From NCBI GenBank assembly GCA_964413025.1, contig CAYPRG010000004.1, positions 1-35,451 on the forward strand: 35,451 nucleotides of DNA. Direction: 5' to 3'. A program made the position numbers and the translations under genes. A model generated the notes under the pieces. The model did no database searches. It worked only from the letters and a program-made list of their open reading frames with translations, and was not told where the DNA came from. Positions 27,908-35,137 of the stretch are shown in pieces (positions within the stretch are counted from its first letter, which is position 1; each line of letters begins with the position of its first letter). The stretch is from an uncultured Planctomycetales bacterium. Its GTDB lineage: Bacteria > Omnitrophota > Gorgyraeia > Gygaellales > Profunditerraquicolaceae.

Positions 27908-28396
27908 GTGTATCTAGATATAGTTATTCTTGCGGTATTACTTCTGACTTCGCTGTGGACGGTAATGACCAGAAGTATCTTGCGTTCCGCGATGGGCCTG
28001 GCGCTTACCAGCGTTATATTGGCTATAGTAATGTTCAGGCTGAATTCGCCCCTGGCCGCGGTTTTTGAGCTTTCGGTTTGCGCGGGGCTTATTTCGGTGT
28101 TATTTGTCAGCACCATAAGTATCACCCAGCCATACACAACAGAGGAAATTTTAAAGCGGATGAAGGATATGTTTGCCAGGTTCCGTTTTTTGCCGTTAAT
28201 CATATTGGTATCAGGGCTCGGGTTATTTTTTGTAAGCATAAAGCCGGCGATAAATTTACCTGCTCCGGAAGTAATAAAGGACGCCAGGGTGATATTGTGG
28301 AACTTCAGGGGCCTTGATCTGATGGGCCAGGTTTTAATATTGCTGACTGGAGTTTTTGGCATCGTGGTATTATTCAAGGAAAGGCTAAAAAGGTGA
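27908..28396 (+). CDS. Hydrogenase membrane subunit, NuoJ-like / MbhD-MbhE (MnhB-related)-like
   Basis: 162 aa with five predicted TM segments and a GTG start after AGGAGG. The N-terminal half (LAAVFELSVCAGLISVLFVSTISI) resembles NuoJ/MbhD TM3. The C-terminal segment NFRGLDLMGQVLILLTGVFGIVVLF resembles the MnhB-type motif. Confidence 0.65.
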   Translation: MYLDIVILAVLLLTSLWTVMTRSILRSAMGLALTSVILAIVMFRLNSPLAAVFELSVCAGLISVLFVSTISITQPYTTEEILKRMKDMFARFRFLPLIILVSGLGLFFVSIKPAINLPAPEVIKDARVILWNFRGLDLMGQVLILLTGVFGIVVLFKERLKR

Positions 28397-28713
28397 GCAG
28401 CGAGACTGTAAATTTATTCTTTTGTTATGGTTTTTTTGTAGCCATGCTTTTTGTAATCGGCATTTACTGTGTCCTGGCTACTTTTAATTTAATCAGGGCA
28501 TTGATCGGCCTGGAGATTTTAATCAAGGCAGTCACGCTTCTCTTAATAGCTGTGGGCTATATAACCGCTCATGAAGCCCTGGCTCAGAGTTTGGTGATTA
28601 CTTTAATAGTGATTGAGGTTGTGGTGATTACCATATCGGTAGCCGTAGTTGTCGGGATACACAGTTACAATAAATCGCTTGATGTGAGAAAAATAAGGAA
28701 CTTAAAAGGATAG
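28393..28713 (+). CDS. Hydrogenase membrane subunit, NuoK/MnhC/MbhG-like
   Basis: 106 aa with three TM segments. It carries NLIRALIGLEILIKAVTLLLI, which includes the conserved membrane Glu, and VITLIVIEVVVI. Confidence 0.75.
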   Translation: MSSETVNLFFCYGFFVAMLFVIGIYCVLATFNLIRALIGLEILIKAVTLLLIAVGYITAHEALAQSLVITLIVIEVVVITISVAVVVGIHSYNKSLDVRKIRNLKG

Positions 28714-28719
28714 AAAAAG

Positions 28720-29052
28720 ATGGAGAATTGGTTATTGACGCCGCCGGTTGCTTTTATCGTGATTTTGTTTGTTATCTGGCTGCTTTCACATTTACTTTCC
28801 AGGTTAGCGTTTAAGGCAGGAAAGCATTCTAGGGGTGAAGGCGAAGCCTATGCTTGCGGAGAGTGCAACTATGACAATATGGCCCAGCCTGATTATAGCA
28901 ATGTTTTTCCTTATGCTTTTTTCTTTACGCTTGCGCACGTGGCTACTTTAATCATGACTACCGTGCCTACGGAGACCATACAGTCGTTTGCCATGGTAGT
29001 CATATATATACTCAGCGCTGTATTAGGGCTGTATATTTTATTCAGGAAGTGA
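28720..29052 (+). CDS. Hydrogenase membrane subunit, NuoA/MbhI-like
   Basis: 110 aa with three TM segments. The loop motif AYACGE parallels the YECG/YESG motif of NuoA, followed by FPYAFFFTLAHVATL. The gene lies directly upstream of the NuoB-like gene, as in nuo operons. Confidence 0.55.
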   Translation: MENWLLTPPVAFIVILFVIWLLSHLLSRLAFKAGKHSRGEGEAYACGECNYDNMAQPDYSNVFPYAFFFTLAHVATLIMTTVPTETIQSFAMVVIYILSAVLGLYILFRK

Positions 29053-29058
29053 GGATTT

Positions 29059-29502
29059 ATGGGATTGATAAAAAAAGCGGTCAACTGGGCAAGGATTAAA
29101 TCCCCCTGGATACTGCATTTTAATACCGGGGCCTGCAACGCCTGCGATATTGAGATTATCGCCGCCCTTACTCCGCGCTATGACCTGGAACGTTTCGGGG
29201 TGATATTAAAAGGTACTCCCCGGCATGCCGATATACTGGTTTGCTCCGGCCCGGTGACAAGACAGATCGAAGATAGATTAATCAGGATTTATGAGCAGAT
29301 GGCTGAGCCGAAGTTTGTAATAGCAGTGGGCACCTGCGCCTGTTCAGGAGGAGTTTTTAAAGGTTGCTATAATGTAAAGGGGGGGATCAAGTCGGTTATC
29401 CCGGTATCGGCATTTATTCCCGGTTGCCCGGTAAGCCCCAAGGCAATAATTGACGGCGTAGTTAAGCTGTTAAGCAGCTTAGAAGAGAAGCCAAAAAAAT
29501 AA
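29059..29502 (+). CDS. [NiFe] hydrogenase small subunit, NuoB/HycG/MbhJ-like
   Basis: 147 aa with four Cys in the group-4 pattern: TGACNACDIEI (CxxC), GTCACSGG and PGCPVSP. Confidence 0.9.
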   Translation: MGLIKKAVNWARIKSPWILHFNTGACNACDIEIIAALTPRYDLERFGVILKGTPRHADILVCSGPVTRQIEDRLIRIYEQMAEPKFVIAVGTCACSGGVFKGCYNVKGGIKSVIPVSAFIPGCPVSPKAIIDGVVKLLSSLEEKPKK

Positions 29503-29515
29503 CTGGAGGATAGAA

Positions 29516-29995
29516 GTGCCTTACGAAGAAGATATCAAGCAGAAGTTAACAAGTAAATTTGCTTATCTTGAAGGCAATGCCAGGGTTACCCGGCCAAGGC
29601 GCATATTTTTAGAAGCCGGAGCTGAAAACTTCTCTGAAATTTTTGATTATCTGGTCAAGCAGCTGAATTTTACGCATTTATGCACCATTACCGGCCTTGA
29701 CGAACAGGATAAATTAAGTTTCATTTATCACTTGGCAGGAGAATCGGGAGTCTTGGTGAATTTAAAAACCAGCGTTCCCAAAGAAAACCCGGTATTAAAA
29801 AGCGTTATTCCGTATTTTGCCGGAGCAGAAATTTATGAAAGGGAATTAGTAGATTTATTTGGGGCGAAGGTGGAAGGCCTGCCCGCAGGGAACCGCTATC
29901 CTCTGACAGATGACTGGCCGGTTGGCCAGTTCCCCTTGCGCAAAGATTGGAAACCCGCTGCGGATAAAGAAAACGAGGTGGAAAAAGATGCCTGA
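29516..29995 (+). CDS. Hydrogenase subunit, NuoC/MbhK-like
   Basis: 159 aa with a GTG start after GGAGGA. It carries the NuoC 30-kDa family motif AEIYERELVDLFGAKVEG...PLTDDWP and overlaps the large-subunit start. Confidence 0.8.
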   Translation: MPYEEDIKQKLTSKFAYLEGNARVTRPRRIFLEAGAENFSEIFDYLVKQLNFTHLCTITGLDEQDKLSFIYHLAGESGVLVNLKTSVPKENPVLKSVIPYFAGAEIYERELVDLFGAKVEGLPAGNRYPLTDDWPVGQFPLRKDWKPAADKENEVEKDA

Positions 29996-31226
29996 TACAA
30001 ATAAATTTAAAATACCTTTTGGGCCGCAACATCCGGCATTAAAGGAACCGGAAAGTTTCAGTATTGCTTTAAAAGGCGAAAAGATAATGGGTGTGGATAT
30101 CCGCCTGGGGTACAATCATAGGGGGATAGAAAAGGCCTGTGAAGAGAGGACGTATATCCAGGACCTTTACCTGATCGAGCGTATCTGCGGGATATGTTCG
30201 CATTCTCATTCTACTTGTTTTGTCCAGGCTGTTGAGGAGATTGCCGCGGTGGAAGTCCCCAAGAGGGCTCTTTATATCCGTACCTTGATCGCGGAATTAG
30301 AGCGCGTGCATAGCCATCTTCTATGGTTGGGTGTGGCCGGGCATGAAATAGGTTTTGATACATTGCTTATGTATGCCTGGCGGGACCGCGAAGTAGTAAT
30401 GGATTTACTGGCGCTTCTTACCGGAAACCGGGTTAATTATGGCATAAATACTATCGGCGGAGTAAGGCGCGATATATCCGGCGAGCAGATAGAGGAGATA
30501 TTAAAGGGAGTAGGTATTCTTGAGGAGAGGACTAAATATTACATTGAAGTAGCCACTCAGGAAACTACCATTATTAAAAGATTATCCGGGGTAGGAGTAG
30601 TCTCTTATGAAGATGCCTTGAAATTAGATGCGGTAGGCCCGACCGCGCGGGCCTCCGGAGTAGACCGGGATGTCCGCCGCGATGATCCGTATGCGGTTTA
30701 TGGAGAACTTCATTTTGATGTAATTACTGATAAACATTGCGATGTCTATGGCCGGACTGTTGTAAGGGTAAAAGAGTTAATGGAGTCTTACAAGATAATT
30801 CGCCAGTGCCTGAAACAATTACCTGATGGCCCGATAGCGGTAAAAGTCCCGCGCAAGATTCCCGCCGGGGAAGCCATAAGCCGTTATGAGGCGCCCAGGG
30901 GCGAGGATGTGCATTATGTAAAATCAAACGGCAGCGAAAAGCCCGAAAGGGTTAAAGTAAGAGCGCCTACCCTGGCCAATGTGCAGGCAGTTAAGCATAT
31001 GTTGAAGGATAGGTTCCTGGCGGATATGCCGATAGTTATTGCCGCTATAGACCCATGTTTTTCCTGCACTGACAGGCTTATTTCCGTTAAAGGGGTAAAC
31101 AGTAAAAATAAAAAAATCATCACTTGGGAAGCCTTGCGTGCTTATGGTATAGATTGGTATAGAGGGCGCGGCATAGATTTTACGAAGATAAGTAATGATC
31201 TTAGAAAGAGGTTAGAGGGTATTTAA
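29988..31226 (+). CDS. Group-4 [NiFe] hydrogenase large (catalytic) subunit, NuoD/HycE/MbhL-like
   Basis: 412 aa from ATG 29988. The N-terminus FGPQHPA is NuoD-like. Both Ni-Fe cysteine pairs are present: RICGICSHSH (30180-30209) and DPCFSCTDR (31050-31076). A 49-aa C-terminal extension follows. Confidence 0.93.
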   Translation: MPDTNKFKIPFGPQHPALKEPESFSIALKGEKIMGVDIRLGYNHRGIEKACEERTYIQDLYLIERICGICSHSHSTCFVQAVEEIAAVEVPKRALYIRTLIAELERVHSHLLWLGVAGHEIGFDTLLMYAWRDREVVMDLLALLTGNRVNYGINTIGGVRRDISGEQIEEILKGVGILEERTKYYIEVATQETTIIKRLSGVGVVSYEDALKLDAVGPTARASGVDRDVRRDDPYAVYGELHFDVITDKHCDVYGRTVVRVKELMESYKIIRQCLKQLPDGPIAVKVPRKIPAGEAISRYEAPRGEDVHYVKSNGSEKPERVKVRAPTLANVQAVKHMLKDRFLADMPIVIAAIDPCFSCTDRLISVKGVNSKNKKIITWEALRAYGIDWYRGRGIDFTKISNDLRKRLEGI

Positions 31227-32167
31227 TGGCTGGAGCACTTTTTTCCATTTTAGTTTTTCCCGGGCTTTTATTCGTGAGTCTCTTCGGCTTGATCGCGGAA
31301 TTCATAGACAGGAAAATATATGCCAGGCTGCAGAACAGGGTAGGGCCGCCTTGGTTCCAGACATTCGCGGATTTCCTTAAGTTGTTGGGAAAAGAAGATA
31401 TCATTCCGACTGAGGCTAACCAAAAGATGTTTAGCCTGGCGCCGGTATTTGCCCTTACTTCGGTGGTAACGGTTTTTCTCTATATTCCTCTCTGGAAAGC
31501 CGAAGCCTTGTTTTCCTTCAACGGGGATATAATTATGGTGCTTTATCTATTGACTATCCCCACCCTGGCATTTTTTATCTGCGGCTGGTATTCAAAGTCA
31601 TTATTTTCCAGAATTGGCTCTGTGCGTTGTGTCATTCAGCTGTTTGCTTATGAGGTACCGCTTTTTATGAGCATATTGGCTTCAGCGTTATTAGCGGATA
31701 CATGGTCATTAAGGGATATGGTTGTTTTCTATACCAGGCACCCGTATTACTTTTTGTTTAATCTGATAGGTTTCGGGGTATCTCTGGTGGCATTGCTGGG
31801 AAAATTGGAGAAAGTGCCTTTTGATATTCCGGAAGCCGAAACAGAGGTGGTTGCCGGAGCTTTTACCGAATACAGCGGAAGGCTGCTGGCAATATTACGG
31901 TTGACAATAAACGTAGAAATGGTAGTCGGGGCCTCGCTTTTAGGAGCGGTGTTTTTTCCTTTCGGATTGGGGTTTGGCCCTTACGTAGGGTTTATTATAT
32001 TCATATTTAAGACCTTGATGATAATGGCCATGCTTTCATTATTGCGCACTATTGTGGCGCGTTTGCGTATCGATCAGATGATTGATTTTTGCTGGAAGTA
32101 CCTGGTGCCGCTTTCGTTTATTCAGTTATTGCTTAATCTTATTGCGAAAGGAATTTTGTCCCGATGA
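31226..32167 (+). CDS. Hydrogenase membrane subunit, NuoH/HycD/MbhM-like
   Basis: 313 aa and polytopic. It carries DRKIYARLQNRVGPP and EAETEVVAGAFTEYSG, hallmarks of NuoH. It has a TAATG overlap with the large subunit. Confidence 0.9.
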   Translation: MAGALFSILVFPGLLFVSLFGLIAEFIDRKIYARLQNRVGPPWFQTFADFLKLLGKEDIIPTEANQKMFSLAPVFALTSVVTVFLYIPLWKAEALFSFNGDIIMVLYLLTIPTLAFFICGWYSKSLFSRIGSVRCVIQLFAYEVPLFMSILASALLADTWSLRDMVVFYTRHPYYFLFNLIGFGVSLVALLGKLEKVPFDIPEAETEVVAGAFTEYSGRLLAILRLTINVEMVVGASLLGAVFFPFGLGFGPYVGFIIFIFKTLMIMAMLSLLRTIVARLRIDQMIDFCWKYLVPLSFIQLLLNLIAKGILSR

Positions 32168-32547
32168 GGCCCGGTAAAATGCTTAGAGAAGTTTTGGGTT
32201 CGTTTTTTAAGAAACCTGCGACTAATCTTTATCCCGCGGAAAAACTGGAGATGCCTAAGAATTTCAGGGGAAAGCTGGTTTTTTATCCTGATAAATGCAT
32301 CGGGTGTAAATTGTGCATGAAGGATTGCCCTACCGGCGCCATAACCATTAATAAAATCGGAGAGAAGCAGTTTGAAGCAGTTATAGAGCTGGATAAATGC
32401 ATATATTGCGCGCAGTGCGTGGATTCCTGCCCCAGGAAAGCCCTGGAAGCCACAAAAGAGGTTGAGTTAGCGCAGTTAGACGCCAAGAAGTTAAAGGTGA
32501 TTTTCAGTGGTAACCCTCAAAACGGCACTAAAAAAGAGACTCTCTGA
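32164..32547 (+). CDS. 2x[4Fe-4S] ferredoxin-type subunit, NuoI/HycF/MbhN-like
   Basis: 127 aa with two cluster motifs, CIGCKLCMKDCP and CIYCAQCVDSCP. It has an ATGA overlap with the NuoH-like gene. Confidence 0.9.
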   Translation: MRPGKMLREVLGSFFKKPATNLYPAEKLEMPKNFRGKLVFYPDKCIGCKLCMKDCPTGAITINKIGEKQFEAVIELDKCIYCAQCVDSCPRKALEATKEVELAQLDAKKLKVIFSGNPQNGTKKETL

Positions 32548-33004
32548 TTCCGGAAGAATTGCCCTGCTCGGCGTCGGTTCTGAATTAAGAGGCGATGATG
32601 CAGCCGGGCTCTTGGTAGCCGAATACCTCCGTAAATCCCCCCCCAAAAATATAAGACAAAAAAAACTTAAAGTTTTTTTTGGCTCAACCGCTCCGGAAAA
32701 TCTTACCGGAGAAATCAAGAAATTTAAGCCCGATTGCCTGATTATAGTTGATTCCGCTGATATGAATAGGAGGCCGGGTATGGTTAAGCTGATTGACCCC
32801 GATAAAGTCGGAGGTATTTCTTTTTGCACCCACCAATTACCCTTGAAGATATTAACGGATTACCTGGTCCAATCCATCGGTTGCGAAATTATAATTATCG
32901 GCATACAGCCGGGAAAGATTGATTTTGGTATAGTTCCCTCAAAAAAGATAGAAAGGTCTGCGAGGCATATTTCGGGAATGATCAAAGAAATTTTAAGAAA
33001 ATAA
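32507..33004 (+). CDS. hycI: Hydrogenase maturation endopeptidase, HycI-type
   Basis: 165 aa with a GTG start. It tracks the HycI pattern closely: LLGVGSELRGDDAAG, GSTAPEN, IIVDSADMNRRPGMVKLIDPD, THQLPL and GIQPG. The Asp/Asp/His metal ligands are present. Confidence 0.9.
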   Translation: MVTLKTALKKRLSDSGRIALLGVGSELRGDDAAGLLVAEYLRKSPPKNIRQKKLKVFFGSTAPENLTGEIKKFKPDCLIIVDSADMNRRPGMVKLIDPDKVGGISFCTHQLPLKILTDYLVQSIGCEIIIIGIQPGKIDFGIVPSKKIERSARHISGMIKEILRK

Positions 33005-33037
33005 AAGCGTATGGAGCATCAAAAAACGGAGGAAAAA

Positions 33038-34003
33038 ATGCAATTAAAAGAGATAACATTAAAAGATTTGATTACGGAACAATTCATTAAAGAGGAGGCG
33101 GATAATATTTCTTCTTTAGTGGGAGGCGGTTTGGCGATTAATGCTTTATCAGGCGGAGTGGATTCTTCCTGTGTTACTATGTTGGGCCATAAAGCGCTGG
33201 GGAAGAGGCTTCTGACCTATTTTATTGATAATGGTTTAATGCGCCAGGATGAGCCGCGAAAAATTGCCGAACTGTTTAATAAATCGGGCGTTAGCGTAGA
33301 AATTGTTGACGCGCAGGAGGAATTCTTTAAGGCCTTAAAAGGAATAACCGACCCCGAGGAAAAAAGAGAAGCCATTACCCAGACGTTTTATAAGGATGTT
33401 TTTGGCAAGTTAATCAAGAAAAGCGGGGCAAAATATCTTTTGCAGGGGACAATCCTGACTGACATCGATGAGACGGTGGCGGGGATAAAAAGGCAGCACA
33501 ATGTTTTTGAACAGTTGGGTATTGACCCTCAGGAAACCTTCGGCTATAAAATCATTGAACCCCTGGTGCGCTTGCGTAAAGACGGCGTAAGAAAAGTGGC
33601 GCTGGCATTGGGATTGCCGGAATCAATCTATAGCCGGATGCCTTTTCCCGGCCCGGCTCTTTCGGCAAGGATAATCGGGGAAGTAACCCCGGAAAAAATA
33701 AAATTAATCAGGCTTGCCACGGTCATTACTGAAGAAGAATTAGCTGCGGTAAAAGCTTTCCAATATCTGGCGATACTGCATCAGGACAGGGTGACCGGTA
33801 TGCGTAACGGAAAAAGAGATTTTGGATTGCAAATTGAAATCAGGTGTTGGGACAGCCTGGATGCGCGATCCGCCAAGCCCACAAAGCTGCCTTATGAAAC
33901 CCTGGACAAATTAGCCAATAGAATGGTGGTTGAGGTTCCGGGAGTAGTAAGCGTAACTTATAATATTGCTTCTAAGCCGCCCTCTACCATGGAGGCGATT
34001 TAA
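33038..34003 (+). CDS. GMP-synthase-like PP-loop ATP pyrophosphatase with dimerisation domain and no glutamine amidotransferase domain
   Basis: It has the PP-loop SGGVDSS, then FIDNGLMRQDE, TDPEEKREAI, LLQGTILTDIDE, EPLVRLRKDGVR and PFPGPALSARI, and ends in SKPPSTMEAI. I prefer ATG 33038 (GGAGG 5 nt upstream) to ATG 33011; both share the frame and stop. Confidence 0.8.
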   Translation: MQLKEITLKDLITEQFIKEEADNISSLVGGGLAINALSGGVDSSCVTMLGHKALGKRLLTYFIDNGLMRQDEPRKIAELFNKSGVSVEIVDAQEEFFKALKGITDPEEKREAITQTFYKDVFGKLIKKSGAKYLLQGTILTDIDETVAGIKRQHNVFEQLGIDPQETFGYKIIEPLVRLRKDGVRKVALALGLPESIYSRMPFPGPALSARIIGEVTPEKIKLIRLATVITEEELAAVKAFQYLAILHQDRVTGMRNGKRDFGLQIEIRCWDSLDARSAKPTKLPYETLDKLANRMVVEVPGVVSVTYNIASKPPSTMEAI

Positions 34004-34011
34004 GAAAATAA

Positions 34012-34068
34012 TTGACAATGGTTGAATTATGATTATAATTGTAAGTGAGCGTTTACTTACAATTATAA
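34012..34068 (+). promoter_or_regulatory. Sigma70 promoter with an overlapping perfect palindromic operator (probable TetR autoregulation site)
   Basis: TTGACA (34012-34017), a 16-nt spacer, then TATAAT (34034-39). A perfect 14-bp inverted repeat, TTATAATTGTAAGT (34033-34046) and ACTTACAATTATAA (34055-34068), has an 8-nt spacer and covers the -10 element and the start site. Confidence 0.65.
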
Positions 34069-34083
34069 CAAGACGGGTAAGCA

Positions 34084-34677
34084 ATGAGTAAAAATTTGAC
34101 TGTCAATCAACATAAGATAGTAGAAGCCGCCAGGAAGATTATAGTATCAAGGGGCATGGATAATCTTACTATTCGGGAAATTGCCAGCGAGCTTAAACTT
34201 ACAGATGGGGCTTTGTACAGGCATTTCAAGAGCAAAAAAGAAATAATCAGCCTGCTTATTGATGACATCGAAAAAACTTTATTAGCTACGGTTGACGCGG
34301 CAGCGAAAAAAAGCGACGAGCCTCTAAAGAAATTAGAAAATATTTTTTTATCGCATATTTCTTATTCCAAGCAGAGAAAAGGGGTATCTTTTATCGTTAT
34401 TAACGAGACCCTCAGCCTTAAAGATAAAAGTTTACAGCGTAAGATGTTTAATGTTATCGGCAGGTATTTGGAAAAAATCAGGCAGATACTTAAGGAGGGC
34501 GTGTCAGCCGGAAGCTTCAGGAGGAATGTCGACATAAGTTCTGCGAGTATTGTCTTTTTTGGGATTATACAGGCGCAGGTTATGCTATGGGCTATGAGCG
34601 GTTACCAGTATTCTTTTAAGAAAACATCTATTGAGCACTTGCTTGATATTTTTGAGAAGGGAATAATGTTTTTATAG
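34084..34677 (+). CDS. TetR/AcrR-family transcriptional regulator
   Basis: 197 aa. The N-terminal HTH is GMDNLTIREIASELKLTDGALYRHFKSKKEII, followed by an all-helical C-terminal ligand domain. Confidence 0.9.
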   Translation: MSKNLTVNQHKIVEAARKIIVSRGMDNLTIREIASELKLTDGALYRHFKSKKEIISLLIDDIEKTLLATVDAAAKKSDEPLKKLENIFLSHISYSKQRKGVSFIVINETLSLKDKSLQRKMFNVIGRYLEKIRQILKEGVSAGSFRRNVDISSASIVFFGIIQAQVMLWAMSGYQYSFKKTSIEHLLDIFEKGIMFL

Positions 34678-34704
34678 CAATAAACAATAAAGGGAGGTGG
34701 TGAA

Positions 34705-35094
34705 ATGCATAGAGGGTTCACTTTGCTGGAATTAGTAGTGGTTGTTATTATCTTAGGCATACTTGCGACATTAGGTTTCACCCAGTATACCAAGATGGTG
34801 GAAAAAGGGCGGACTTCTGAGGCTAAGCTGGTCCTCGGCCAGATTCGTTCCGCCCAGCAAGCTTATAATATGCAATATGGAGGATATACTACCGTTATTG
34901 GCAATTTACCGATACAGCCTCCTACGGCCTGCGGAGCTAGCGGCAACCATTATTTTTCTTATAATGTAAGCGCTACTACCGCAACCGCCAGAAGATGTAC
35001 TGCTAACGGTAAGCTTCCCGTCGCCTCTTCGCAGTACAGGTTGACTTTAACTTACGGGACGGGCGTGTTTGGCGGCACTGCTGGTTATTATTAA
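34705..35094 (+). CDS. Prepilin-type N-terminal cleavage/methylation domain protein (type IV pilin or T2SS pseudopilin-like)
   Basis: 129 aa. MHRG|FTLLELVVVVIILGILA is the class III signal with Glu at +5. It has a small globular C-terminus with two Cys. A GGGAGGTGG Shine-Dalgarno sequence lies upstream. Confidence 0.85.
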   Translation: MHRGFTLLELVVVVIILGILATLGFTQYTKMVEKGRTSEAKLVLGQIRSAQQAYNMQYGGYTTVIGNLPIQPPTACGASGNHYFSYNVSATTATARRCTANGKLPVASSQYRLTLTYGTGVFGGTAGYY

Positions 35095-35137
35095 TACCTA
35101 GTAATAATTTTGTAAAAGATAGAAGTTTAATTATTTT

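Noticed and set aside
26610-28377. Two long minus-strand ORFs (26610-27110, 166 aa; 27895-28377, 160 aa) lie inside the hydrogenase membrane-subunit genes.
   Set aside because: They are antisense to clearly recognisable antiporter-like and NuoJ-like genes. Their Ser/Lys/Thr/Ile/Asn-rich, low-complexity translations are expected from the reverse complement of hydrophobic-protein genes.
29910-29987. The ORF track extends several N-termini upstream: the hydrogenase large subunit (29910), MacB (21036), TolC-like (18790), the NuoL-like subunit (24603), the prenyltransferase (15248) and AbrB (18561).
   Set aside because: In each case an internal ATG sits right after or overlapping the upstream stop, or behind a good Shine-Dalgarno sequence. 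That start yields a family-typical N-terminus, such as a signal peptide, FGPQHPA or the Walker-A-proximal start. The extensions overlap the preceding gene and have no homology-like features.
29988-31226. The cluster might be a non-hydrogenase complex-I/Mbx/Fpo-type oxidoreductase rather than a hydrogenase.
   Set aside because: The NuoD-like subunit retains both CxxC Ni-Fe ligand pairs, and a HycI-type protease is present. Quinone- or sulfur-reducing relatives have lost these cysteines.
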